From contig JALDAJ010000001.1 of NCBI GenBank assembly GCA_022729235.1, positions 224,001 through 288,000 on the forward strand: a stretch of DNA of 64,000 nucleotides, read 5' to 3'. The notes beneath the pieces are model-generated. The model was not told the origin of the DNA and made no database searches. It saw only the letters and a list, made by a program, of their open reading frames with translations. Below, in pieces: positions 39,426-48,915 of the stretch (positions within the stretch are counted from its first letter, which is position 1; every line of letters starts with the position of its first letter). The DNA comes from Candidatus Nanohalarchaeota archaeon. Lineage in GTDB: Archaea > Nanohalarchaeota > Nanosalinia > Nanosalinales > Nanosalinaceae. The translations under genes were made by a program, and so were the position numbers.

Positions 39426-40523
39426 ATGGAAGATGTTCTGAAGGATTATCCTCATCTCTATCAATTTCTACCCGACAACTTTGTGAAAAAGGCTAAACAG
39501 AAAGAAAGAGACGTGGAACACTCCATTATAGTATCTATAAAAAATAATTCCAACTATTTAGAGGTTTTGAATGACAGAATTGAAAGCTTGAAAGGGACTC
39601 CTGGTGAGAATATACTTGACAGATATTCCTCACAAGTAGATTCAAACAAAAAGTTTCATAGCTTTCTAGCAGAAATGAATTGCTATCTTCTGCTAAATGA
39701 GATTTTTGAGGACTTAGAACCCGTTAACGAAGATAGCTTCGATGAAGGTAAAAAACCTACCGATTTCTACTCAGAGAAACACGAAATTGACATCGAAGCT
39801 ACCTCTATTAACAAACACGAACCAGAGAGCAAACTATTCAGTTTAATTAGAGACTGGATAGAAGGTTTTGAGGAAAGCTATGAAGTGAGATTAATTAAGA
39901 AAGATAACTACAACAAATTCCCTTCCAACTATAAGGAAATAGAGGAAAATAGCAAGGAAGTAGAAGAAGTAAAACGTCTCATTGAGAACACGCCTCAACC
40001 TGAGACAATTGAAACAGATGCCTTCAAGATAACAGTAGAAAAATCTGATTTTGAAGAATCTATCTTCAAAGGTTCTGGTTGGGAATCTGCTGAATTTATT
40101 CCTGAAGATCCATCAAATTCTATTCGGAATCAGATAGATTCCAAAACAGACAAAGACCCTATATCAGACCACATGCTAATCTATCTAGATATAGATGGGT
40201 TTTTCCAGATGGATCATTCTTTGACAAAAATACTTCAGGGAGGAATTACTCATTTCGAACCGCCTATAGAACCAGAAGTGTCAAAGAAACTCAACACACA
40301 ACCAGAAGCGCTGAGAAAATATATGGAGGAGAATGGATTAATTCCCTCAGAAAATCAGCCTAGTGCTATACCTCCTGACGAAGAAGGTCTGTTTAAAGAA
40401 ATCGATGACTCGATAATTGGAGTAATCGCTTATCTACCCAATAGAAAACTAGTATTTCTACCAAATGTGTATAGTCAGAACCAGAAAGTTACTGAGATAC
40501 TAAATACCTTAGAACCAGAATAA
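39426..40523 (+). CDS. AT-rich orphan, possible PD-(D/E)xK nuclease fold
   Basis: FLAE ... KPTDF ... IDIEATS; atypical composition. Confidence 0.5.
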   Translation: MEDVLKDYPHLYQFLPDNFVKKAKQKERDVEHSIIVSIKNNSNYLEVLNDRIESLKGTPGENILDRYSSQVDSNKKFHSFLAEMNCYLLLNEIFEDLEPVNEDSFDEGKKPTDFYSEKHEIDIEATSINKHEPESKLFSLIRDWIEGFEESYEVRLIKKDNYNKFPSNYKEIEENSKEVEEVKRLIENTPQPETIETDAFKITVEKSDFEESIFKGSGWESAEFIPEDPSNSIRNQIDSKTDKDPISDHMLIYLDIDGFFQMDHSLTKILQGGITHFEPPIEPEVSKKLNTQPEALRKYMEENGLIPSENQPSAIPPDEEGLFKEIDDSIIGVIAYLPNRKLVFLPNVYSQNQKVTEILNTLEPE

Positions 40524-40609
40524 GAGTCTAATATGTAGGCTAGGGGTATCTGAAAATTTCTTACAGAGATTCAGCTAGTTTTTTAGATTTTTCTGCACTA
40601 TATAGCAGT

Positions 40610-40762
40610 ATGAGCGATTCTGACGACTTTTGGAAAGTAGTGGCAGGAGCAGCAGGATTAGGAGGTCTTGCCTATCTGCTTTCTACGAAAAAGTGTCGTC
40701 AATGTGGTAAAAGAAATCCTAATGAAAACCAAAGATGCTCTAACTGCGGAGCATACCTATGA
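40610..40762 (+). CDS. 50-aa TM plus zinc-ribbon protein (not in the ORF track)
   Basis: MSDSDDFWKVVAGAAGLGGLAYLLSTKKCRQCGKRNPNENQRCSNCGAYL; ATGA overlap with next gene. Confidence 0.8.
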   Translation: MSDSDDFWKVVAGAAGLGGLAYLLSTKKCRQCGKRNPNENQRCSNCGAYL

Positions 40763-41094
40763 CCTCTCTAAAAGAGCTTCTTAGGATATCCGATATAGAA
40801 TTCTGGAAGGAATTGAGACATAACTGGAACCACGGAAGTGTCAAAGACCAGATGCTTTTCTGTCTTCTTATTACTCCAATGCTAACCTTCCTAGTATTCT
40901 ATAACAATGGAATGCCAAAAATACAGCAGTATTTTGTAGGCGGAATGCTCCTAGTACTATTTGTTTCAATTTTCAATACTTGGGCGTTTGCCAAAGGCGA
41001 ATATGAAGAAAGAAATTATAAGTGCAACAACTGTGGAAACCCTATGGAACACAAGTTAATAGAAGACCATACTTGCCCTGAAGATACAGAATAG
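40759..41094 (+). CDS. Two-TM protein with C-terminal CxxC..HxC motif
   Basis: Two hydrophobic helices, CNNC...HTC. Confidence 0.65.
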   Translation: MTSLKELLRISDIEFWKELRHNWNHGSVKDQMLFCLLITPMLTFLVFYNNGMPKIQQYFVGGMLLVLFVSIFNTWAFAKGEYEERNYKCNNCGNPMEHKLIEDHTCPEDTE

Positions 41095-41143
41095 AATGAT
41101 CGCTCTGCAAAAGATTTTATATCCTTAAGAGAAACTTGAACGC

Positions 41144-41365
41144 GTGGAAGTTGCAGAAAAAGCCAGTATAGATGCTACTTTGGGCACAGGACTTATTATT
41201 TCAGCACTGTCTTTATGGCTAATAGTTTTTCAGCTAGAGGAGACATTGTATCTCATTCATAGATCAGCTCAAGCCCTCTGGATACTAGGCATTTTCTTTA
41301 TTAGCCATAGTGTGATTGCCAGATTTACGGGCAAAGGAATAAGGGATCTCCTCAAGAGAGACTAA
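41144..41365 (+). CDS. Small two-TM protein
   Basis: Hydrophobic ORF, GTG start. Confidence 0.5.
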   Translation: MEVAEKASIDATLGTGLIISALSLWLIVFQLEETLYLIHRSAQALWILGIFFISHSVIARFTGKGIRDLLKRD

Positions 41366-41492
41366 ACAAAACTAAACACCTCCTACCTCTAGTTAAACGC
41401 TCTCCTCTGTTTTTTGAACAGAATTAAACGGTCGTTCACGGATATGGCATTTAAGCACCGCCACCCACAGTTTTGGTCGAGGTGAAACACGA

Positions 41493-41813
41493 ATGAGAAC
41501 ATTACTAATCGCACTACTAGCAATCGGGTTAACTGCAGGAGCAGCGGCGATCCCTGCACACGCACAGGACAATATGCCAGATCAGGCAACGGAGAAGATG
41601 GAGGAACACATGCACGATGAAGCAGAGCATCAGGTCCAGGAGAACCAGCAGGAACTGCCTGAAGAAGTAGAGCAGGCAGGTGAGAGTTCAGAGGAAGCGA
41701 ACAGCGAACGGCAAGGATCTCCTGAACACGTCACACGGGGACCGCCCGCGTTTGTAGCGGATAAAGTTCCTGCTCACGTGCTTGATAGAGTGCCGGCGTT
41801 TGTCTTCGGCTAA
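41493..41813 (+). CDS. Secreted acidic low-complexity protein
   Basis: SD GAGGTGA, signal peptide, GPPAFV..VPAFVFG tail. Confidence 0.72.
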   Translation: MRTLLIALLAIGLTAGAAAIPAHAQDNMPDQATEKMEEHMHDEAEHQVQENQQELPEEVEQAGESSEEANSERQGSPEHVTRGPPAFVADKVPAHVLDRVPAFVFG

Positions 41814-41912
41814 AAGAGTGGAGGAGCTCCCGATCCCTTCCCTTCTTTATTTTTGTCAGACTGTATACGCCTTTCTTAAGCAACCCCACCAAATTTGAGG
41901 ATGTGATTTAAA

Positions 41913-42464
41913 ATGAGACGAGCAATTGTCGCAGTAGCTCTCGCAGTATTTCTTGTCGCGGGAGCTACTACAGTTGCGGCGCAAGAAGAGCATAACGAGT
42001 CCGTTGAAGATCCAGTGAATGAGACTGAGGAAGAGATAGAAGCTCCAGTGAATGAAACAGAAGATGAAGTAACAGAGGCTGAAAGAGGTGAGTCCGCTCA
42101 GTTCGACGCTCGGTTGATGACCGCGATCAACACGGTCGAGGTACTTGTAGAAATCGCTCCAGACGAGGAATCGGAGCAAGCACTCCAGGATGTACTGGAC
42201 AGCCTTGAGGAAGTACAGGAGAACACTGATACAGCAAGCCTCGGACCTGAAGGAACACCGAGAGAAGTACCTGAAGACGCAGGAGAGCAAGACGGAGCAG
42301 AAGAGGAACCTGAAGAAGCAGATTCCGGAGAGGAAGCAGAAGAAGCTGGAGAAGAGACACCGGAAGAAGATGAACAACAGGGACCGCCTGAAGACCGTGG
42401 ACCTGAAGAGAACGAGAACCGGCCTGGATTCGTTAACCGGATGCTAGGCGGCATCTTCGGTTAA
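41913..42464 (+). CDS. Secreted acidic low-complexity protein
   Basis: Signal peptide, GPP, RPGFVNRMLGGIFG tail. Confidence 0.72.
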   Translation: MRRAIVAVALAVFLVAGATTVAAQEEHNESVEDPVNETEEEIEAPVNETEDEVTEAERGESAQFDARLMTAINTVEVLVEIAPDEESEQALQDVLDSLEEVQENTDTASLGPEGTPREVPEDAGEQDGAEEEPEEADSGEEAEEAGEETPEEDEQQGPPEDRGPEENENRPGFVNRMLGGIFG

Positions 42465-42528
42465 TCGACCCAGGAACCTCGGTAGCGCCGACAAACCTTT
42501 TTCTTCTTTTACTTCTCTAGTATACAGT

Positions 42529-43125
42529 ATGCCTGAGAGCCCAGAGGCGTTTTACTCACGCGGAGCCGAGAAATTTGCGGAGAAGAATTCTTTCGAGAAT
42601 ATGCCCCAGGAGTACATAGACCTTCTTGACCAGTTCATCGAACTCGTTCAAGGCGATGAAGTCTTGGACGCAGGCTGCGGGCATGGTAGAGATACAAACT
42701 ATTTTACCGAGAACGGGCTTGACACTATCGGGATCGACGTAGCGGGCGGTATGCTAGAGTACGCTAGGGAGAACCAAAAAGGAGAATATCTACGGATGGA
42801 TGTCAGAGAATTAGAATTTGAGGATAACAGGTTTGACGGCTTATGGTGCAATACCGTTCTGCTTTTCTTCCCGATAGGCGAGATGAGAGATGTGATAAAA
42901 GAACTTTCCAGAGTTACAAAAGACGACGGCGTGATTTTTGTCAGCTTCAAAATCGGAGAAAGCCCTATAATGCGCGAAAAATACGGTAGTGAAGTTAAAC
43001 ACCATCTTATACCTGAGGAAAAAGCCATAGACCTGCTTGAATCAGAAGATTTGGAGATAATCGATGTTTACAGATACGAAACTGGCGGAGGATTCAAGGT
43101 CGCCGACATCTTCTGTCGAAACTAG
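42529..43125 (+). CDS. Class I SAM-dependent methyltransferase
   Basis: VLDAGCGHGRD, GID, FDGLW. Confidence 0.9.
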   Translation: MPESPEAFYSRGAEKFAEKNSFENMPQEYIDLLDQFIELVQGDEVLDAGCGHGRDTNYFTENGLDTIGIDVAGGMLEYARENQKGEYLRMDVRELEFEDNRFDGLWCNTVLLFFPIGEMRDVIKELSRVTKDDGVIFVSFKIGESPIMREKYGSEVKHHLIPEEKAIDLLESEDLEIIDVYRYETGGGFKVADIFCRN

Positions 43126-43163
43126 CACCAGATTTTAACGTTTCTCTCACCAATAACTCCTGT

Positions 43164-43580
43164 ATGTCAAGCCATGCCCCTCCTTTCCAGAACGGTGCAG
43201 GAGGCGTTGACCCTCTAGTATTTACAGCTCTGGGAGCCTTGATTGTGATCGTCATCATGTCTTTGGCGTATATCTGGTGGCTTCATAACAGGAGGGAGAC
43301 TATCCTGCCCGAGGAAGAGCTTGAGAAAGAGGATGAAACACAGGAAGACGTGAGAATCGACCGCATGGGATTGTCAAAACGGTCGGAAGATGTTCTGGGT
43401 GTCGTGATGGACGCCCCGATGCTGCAGAACGAGCTTCCAGACGAACTCGGTGTTTCGAAAGCCACAGTCAGTAACGCTGTAAGCGAGCTTTTCGACCGTG
43501 ATCTTGTGATGAAGAAAAAGAAGGCGAACACGTACCTTATCGAGCCTAACATGGATGAGATACGGGAACAGTCCCGCTGA
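43164..43580 (+). CDS. Membrane-anchored winged-HTH regulator
   Basis: N-terminal TM; QNELPDELGVSKATVSNAV. Confidence 0.8.
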   Translation: MSSHAPPFQNGAGGVDPLVFTALGALIVIVIMSLAYIWWLHNRRETILPEEELEKEDETQEDVRIDRMGLSKRSEDVLGVVMDAPMLQNELPDELGVSKATVSNAVSELFDRDLVMKKKKANTYLIEPNMDEIREQSR

Positions 43581-43623
43581 TATCGGCGTTGAGCTTAAAA
43601 ATCTTGTCGTATAGGTTAGCGTG

Positions 43624-44110
43624 TTGGAGGCGGAGTGACCGCCACCGCTGGCGTTCGCAAATCAGAGATTTGCTTCCAACAGCGATCTCTGACGAGAACG
43701 CTGAGTGAGGAAAGTCCCGACACCGACTCAAACGTGGCAGCTGTAAGAGCTGTGGACCGGAAGGTCCTGGAGATCCATCGCAACCTCAGTAATATGAGGG
43801 TAGGTGGCTCATGGAGCAGCAGAAACGACACGTCCTGGTTCAAAGATGACGGCGTGAATGGTGGTAATGGCGTCAAAACCGACGCCACCAGCAAAAGCCA
43901 GATATTTACCAGGGATCGATGAAACGTGGCTCTGACACCCGGTGCAAGCCGAAAGAGCGCGCCGTGCAGGAACGAACCTGCCGGACCAGTCAACCTTCAC
44001 AGGTAGCCTGGTAGTTAAATGCGGTCCACGACTTACTCCTCTCGGGAGTTGGTCGTTTGAGAAGAGCTTTGCTCTTCGATAACAGAATCGGGCTTACTCC
44101 CGCCTCCACC
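43624..44110 (+). ncRNA. rnpB: RNase P RNA (about 485 nt)
   Basis: GAGGAAAGTCC, GCAGAAAC, TGAAACG, GGTGCAAG, TAGTTAAATG, AACAGAATCGGGCTTA; P1 tggaggcgg/ccgcctcca. Confidence 0.93.
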
Positions 44111-44147
44111 ACTAATACTTTTGAAGGTAGACCACGAGGTTCCAAAT

Positions 44148-44309
44148 ATGGCAAAAGACAACGAAGCACGGATGCCGACTTCACAGGGAGGACTTGTCCA
44201 GTACTATGATGCAGATACAGGGATGGAGTTCGATCCCAAGGTAATCATCGGAGGAGTCATGACAGTAGCCGTTATCGGTATCGCGCTCAACACAGGAATC
44301 CTTATTTGA
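44148..44309 (+). CDS. Preprotein translocase Sec61-beta
   Basis: MPTSQGGLVQYYD...DPK plus C-terminal TM. Confidence 0.88.
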   Translation: MAKDNEARMPTSQGGLVQYYDADTGMEFDPKVIIGGVMTVAVIGIALNTGILI

Positions 44310-44378
44310 TTCTTCAACTATCCTCCCGAAGTCAACGTTATTTAAGAATTCTATCTGTAAACTTTTCACGTAGTTCAC

Positions 44379-44569
44379 GGGTCCGTAGCTCAGCCCGGAC
44401 AGAGCACTCGGCTTCTATTCCTCAAGTTCCCAGTAGGGAACGAGGACCGAGAAGACCGCAGGGTCTTCGAAACACACCTTCTCCCCGCGGAGAAGTGTGC
44501 TCGAACGGCTTTCGTCTCAAAGCCGTAGAAGACACCGAGATGTCGAGGGTTCAAATCCCTCCGGACTCG
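44379..44569 (+). tRNA. tRNA-Arg(TCT) with 116-nt intron 44418-44533
   Basis: GGGTCCG/CGGACTC, CTCGG/CCGAG stem, anticodon TCT 44414-44416. Confidence 0.92.
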
Positions 44570-44643
44570 TTATTTTTACTCATTCCAGTAACTGCGTTGT
44601 GGTGTAAATCAGGGTTTAAGACCGCGATACCATATCACTGCTC

Positions 44644-44922
44644 ATGGGGATAATACTTGAAGGAGAACTGGTCAAGAGAAGGGACAGACAGCCTATATGC
44701 GGAGGATGTAAAGAAGCTGTGAATAAGCAGGCGACTGTATGCCAGAGCTGTGGTATAAGACTTTACACGGTGAAAGGTAAGGTGTTCCGGGCAACAGGAA
44801 CTTTATTCGGCGCAGTATATCTTACATACGGTATCGCACAGGCATCGGTAATTTCTACCCTACTAGGCTCCACATTCATGACAGTAGCTGTCTACAGCTA
44901 CTTCTTCAGACCGATGTTATAG
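44644..44922 (+). CDS. Zinc-ribbon plus two-TM protein
   Basis: CGGC...CQSC then two hydrophobic helices. Confidence 0.65.
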   Translation: MGIILEGELVKRRDRQPICGGCKEAVNKQATVCQSCGIRLYTVKGKVFRATGTLFGAVYLTYGIAQASVISTLLGSTFMTVAVYSYFFRPML

Positions 44923-44963
44923 GGTTAGAATGATTAACTTTCTGAACATAACCTCTTTTAGAG

Positions 44964-45737
44964 ATGGAAACCAGCTCCCCTGAAGACGCTGACCTGATAG
45001 TCCAGAAGCTCCCGTGTGATAACGGTATCCACAGGAATCCGCGGAAAGGAACGCTGGACGCGCCGGAGAAGATACTGGAAGACTATGAGTTCGAAAGAAG
45101 TGTCCTCGTGGACGAGGTTTTCCCCGACGAGTTCTCACTGGAGAATACGCAGAGAAGAATCGAGGATAATACAGAGGAACTGATTGAGTATGGTAAGCCC
45201 CTACTTTCTATCGGCGGCGACCACTCCGTCTCCTACCCCGTTATCCGGGCATTGAAGCGGGAGTATCCGGACATGCAGCTGGTGTGGCTCGACTCCCACC
45301 TCGACCTAAAAGAGAAGGTCGACAATCATGTATCGCACGATGTCGTAGTGCGAGAACTGCTGGCAAGAGGTTTTTCGGAGGACGAGATATGGTTTGTCGG
45401 GATTACGAGAATCGATGACGACGAGGAAGAGTTCCTGGAAAAACACGACCTAAATATATATCGCAGCAGCGAGATAGAGGAATTCAAACGAGAGTTCAAA
45501 CCTGGCGAACAAACTGTGTACCTGTCGGTCGACATCGACGCGCTGGAGGAAGAGCTGGCTCCCGGAACAGGGTATCCCGACGGAGAACTGGGATTAGAGA
45601 CCGTAGAAAAGGTCATTGACATAGTTAATCCTACTCACGCAGACCTAGTAGAAGTAGCTCCTTCTCTTGATGAAAACGGCAAAACTATCGACAGCGCAAG
45701 AGACGTACTCTCCCAGATAGAAGACAGTCTTGGCTAA
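44964..45737 (+). CDS. Arginase/agmatinase (ureohydrolase) family protein
   Basis: GGDHS, DSHLD, SVDID, APGTG, DLVEVAP. Confidence 0.88.
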   Translation: METSSPEDADLIVQKLPCDNGIHRNPRKGTLDAPEKILEDYEFERSVLVDEVFPDEFSLENTQRRIEDNTEELIEYGKPLLSIGGDHSVSYPVIRALKREYPDMQLVWLDSHLDLKEKVDNHVSHDVVVRELLARGFSEDEIWFVGITRIDDDEEEFLEKHDLNIYRSSEIEEFKREFKPGEQTVYLSVDIDALEEELAPGTGYPDGELGLETVEKVIDIVNPTHADLVEVAPSLDENGKTIDSARDVLSQIEDSLG

Positions 45738-46264
45738 AGCCTTTCCTGCAGGATTTCGAGAACCCGTGGTGCGTCCGACCTATCCACTACGAGATGAGTG
45801 TCTTCCCTGCAGGAGATAAGATGGTCTACGTTTATCCCTTCTGCAGCCAGGGAGGAAAGAATGAACTCGATAACTCCTGGCGTCTCCTCAAGCCTCACAG
45901 GGCTTACAAGAGTTACTAGTGACTGTTCTTCACCCTCGATCACATGAGTATAGCCATTCTCAGTCTTAGCCTTCACGACAGCATCCCTGTCTTCAGAGCT
46001 TTTCAACGCCTCAACGCCGTCCTCTATCTTCACCTCAGTTCTTTCAAGAACCTGTTCTACCCGCCCCCTTCTATCCGTCTGTACCTCAGATAGATAGTTT
46101 TCAAGGCGGGAAAGCGCAGCTTTTACTGCTTCAAAGCTGTCGATACCTTCATCCTCACATATCTTTCTGGCGAGAGCGCTGTAATTTACTACTCCCTGTG
46201 CCAGCGCCTCACGGAGGTACGGCTTCCTGGAAACGTAGAGTTCAACCTGAGATGCTACAGACAT
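45734..46264 (-). CDS. HTH plus ACT-domain protein, putative amino-acid-responsive regulator
   Basis: GVVNYSALAR, TPGVI, LAAEGINV..LIS; divergent from argG. Confidence 0.72.
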   Translation of the reverse strand: MSVASQVELYVSRKPYLREALAQGVVNYSALARKICEDEGIDSFEAVKAALSRLENYLSEVQTDRRGRVEQVLERTEVKIEDGVEALKSSEDRDAVVKAKTENGYTHVIEGEEQSLVTLVSPVRLEETPGVIEFILSSLAAEGINVDHLISCREDTHLVVDRSDAPRVLEILQERL

Positions 46265-46367
46265 ATGTCTTATTTAGAACACTTATGTTTTATTTGTTAC
46301 GTTCTGGTGTTTCAGGTATTAAAGAAAGACCTTTCTTAGAGAATCTCGTGATCAACAATGACTGAAC

Positions 46368-47633
46368 TTGGAGCCCAAAAGGGTGAATACGAAAGACAGT
46401 ATCGATTATCTAGCAAAACCTGAAAACATCGACAAAGTCGTTCTTCTCTACTCTGGAGGATTAGATACCTCCTGCATGGTCAAGTGGATACAGGAAGAAT
46501 ATGACGCTGATGTAGTCACGCTGACAATCGACCTGGGGCAGCCCGGTGTCGATCTGGAAGATGTGAAGCAGAAAGCGCTTGATCTCGGTGCAGTTGAGGC
46601 GTACGTTGTTGACGCCAAGAAAGAGTTCGGCGAGGATTACATAGCGAAAGCAGTGAAAGCGAACGCCGATTACCAGGGCTATCCATTGAGTACAGCGATA
46701 GCTCGCTACTTAAAATGCGAGAAAGCCGTAGAAATCGCCCACAGAGAAGACGCGGACGCAGTAGCTCACGGCGCCACCGGCAAGGGTAACGACCAGGTCC
46801 GTTTCGAGGCAGGCATCCTCTCCATCGACCCAGACATCAAACTGCTGGCGCCGGTGCGCGAGTGGAGCATGACCCGTGATAAAGAGATAGAGTACGCTGA
46901 GGAGCACGGAATCGATGTGGAGGTAGAGAAAGACTCGCCCTATTCGACAGATGAGAACCTGTGGGGTAAAAGCTCCGAGTGCGGACCTCTCGAAGAACCG
47001 GATAAGGAGCCGCCAGGAGATGTCTTCCAGTTCGTGAATACGCCCGAAGAGGCGTCCGAAGAACCAGAGTACGTCGAGATAAAGTTCGAGAAAGGTGTCC
47101 CTGTAGCGCTTGACGGGGAGAAAATGATGGTTCACGAGCTAGTCGACAAGCTTAACTCGATAGCAGGAGAACACGGCGTCGGTATCATCGACATGATGGA
47201 AGACCGTGTAGTAGGGCTCAAGTCCCGCGAAGTATACGAGTGCCCCGCCGCGGTAACTCTCCTTGAGGCGCATGAACATCTGGAGAATTACTGCAGCACA
47301 AAGCACGAGAACCAGATCAAGAAATTCGTAGACCAGAAGTGGGCGGAGATGGCGTATTCGGGGCTCTGGTTCGACCCGCTGATAGACCATCTCAACGAAT
47401 TTATCGACTCCATGAACCAGAATGTCACCGGCACAGTAAAAATGAAACTGTACAAGGGTAAGGCGCAAGTCGTTGGACGCGAGTCAGAGAACGCGCTCTA
47501 CAACCATCAGCTCGCGAGCTACGACGAGGGAGAAACATTCAACCAGGAGGCATCACCAGGATTTATCCAGCTCTGGAGCCTACAGACCAAGCTCATCAAC
47601 GAACAGGTGAACGGAGATGCTCTGGGAAACTGA
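46368..47633 (+). CDS. argG: Argininosuccinate synthase (start uncertain)
   Basis: LYSGGLDTS, HGATGKGNDQVRF, YSTDENLWG, KSREVYE. Confidence 0.97.
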   Translation: MEPKRVNTKDSIDYLAKPENIDKVVLLYSGGLDTSCMVKWIQEEYDADVVTLTIDLGQPGVDLEDVKQKALDLGAVEAYVVDAKKEFGEDYIAKAVKANADYQGYPLSTAIARYLKCEKAVEIAHREDADAVAHGATGKGNDQVRFEAGILSIDPDIKLLAPVREWSMTRDKEIEYAEEHGIDVEVEKDSPYSTDENLWGKSSECGPLEEPDKEPPGDVFQFVNTPEEASEEPEYVEIKFEKGVPVALDGEKMMVHELVDKLNSIAGEHGVGIIDMMEDRVVGLKSREVYECPAAVTLLEAHEHLENYCSTKHENQIKKFVDQKWAEMAYSGLWFDPLIDHLNEFIDSMNQNVTGTVKMKLYKGKAQVVGRESENALYNHQLASYDEGETFNQEASPGFIQLWSLQTKLINEQVNGDALGN

Positions 47634-48867
47634 CGAATTGGTGAAGGATAGCGTACTCTCGTACACCCAGGAAGAGACGATACTGGAGCAGAAGCTCCTT
47701 CCCTACGATCTTCTAGGTACTGCGGCACACGCGAAGATGCTGGAGAGCCAGGGCTACCTAGAAAAAGGAGAGCTTGAAGAGGTGATGGAGAAACTATCCG
47801 AAATGTACGATGAACAGCATGAAATCGAGGGCGAAGATGTCCACACGTTCATCGAGGAGAAGGTTACAGAGTATACGGACGCTGGGAAGAAGATTCACAC
47901 CGGTCGGTCGCGGAACGATCAGGTGGTTATCGCGACACGGTTGCTGATGAAGGACTCCTGTATCGAGATATCCCTGGAACTCCTGGAGCTCGTGAAAGAA
48001 CTTGGAGAATTCGCGGAAAACGAGAACCAACCCATACCTGGCTACACACACCAGCAGCAGGCAATGCCATCAAGCACCGGGCTCTGGGCGTCGAGTTACG
48101 TCGACGCGCTTGTAGATGACCTTAAACTCCTGCAGTCTGCCTACGAAGTAATCGATCAGAATCCACTTGGTGCGGCAGCAGGGTACGGAACCGTGCTCGA
48201 TATCGACCGTGATAAGACAACCAAGCTCCTAGGTTTCAAGTCGAAGCAGGAGAACCCCATTTACTGCGTTAACCGGGGGAAGCATGAGCTCATGCTTTTG
48301 CAGGCATTGAACCACGTGATGCTTGACGTCCAGAAGCTGTCGGAGGACCTCATCAACTTCTCGGAGGACCAGAAGTTCTTCGATATCCCGAAAGAATTTT
48401 GCACCGGAAGCAGTATCATGCCGCAGAAGAAGAACCCGGATGTACTTGAGATAGCGCGAGCGAAGGCAGACGAAGTAGCCTCTCACGAACACGCGATACG
48501 CTCGATAATAGGAAAGCTACCGCACGGCTACAACCGCGACACCCAACAGACTAAGAAACCCTTGGTAGAGTCGATAGGGACGACCCTGGCGACACTGGAG
48601 ATACTGGCTGACTTGGTAGCCGAACTGGAGGTTTCGGACAGCTTCGAAATACATGACGACATACACGCCGCCGATACAGCGAACAAAATGGTTGAAGACG
48701 ACCTTTCCTTCCGAGAAGCCTACCAAGAAGTGAAGCAGAAACAGGAATATTGCTCCGGAGACAGCATCAAAGAACCAGTACACCAACAGTATGTAGAACT
48801 AGAAAAATTCTGGAAAGCAGAGAAATCAAGTTTTGAGAGAACTAAGGAAAGCCTACTGGACTCGTAA
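47617..48867 (+). CDS. argH: Argininosuccinate lyase (compact)
   Basis: HTGRSRNDQ, PGYTH, GSSIMPQKKNPD, GYNRD. Confidence 0.95.
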   Translation: MLWETDELVKDSVLSYTQEETILEQKLLPYDLLGTAAHAKMLESQGYLEKGELEEVMEKLSEMYDEQHEIEGEDVHTFIEEKVTEYTDAGKKIHTGRSRNDQVVIATRLLMKDSCIEISLELLELVKELGEFAENENQPIPGYTHQQQAMPSSTGLWASSYVDALVDDLKLLQSAYEVIDQNPLGAAAGYGTVLDIDRDKTTKLLGFKSKQENPIYCVNRGKHELMLLQALNHVMLDVQKLSEDLINFSEDQKFFDIPKEFCTGSSIMPQKKNPDVLEIARAKADEVASHEHAIRSIIGKLPHGYNRDTQQTKKPLVESIGTTLATLEILADLVAELEVSDSFEIHDDIHAADTANKMVEDDLSFREAYQEVKQKQEYCSGDSIKEPVHQQYVELEKFWKAEKSSFERTKESLLDS

Positions 48868-48915
48868 GAACTCAGCAAGTTTACCTTATTAAGCATCACT
48901 GCGGAGAAGATAATC

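Noticed and set aside
43616-44653. ORFs over rnpB and tRNA-Arg
   Set aside because: Explained by RNA genes; only Sec61-beta is supported.
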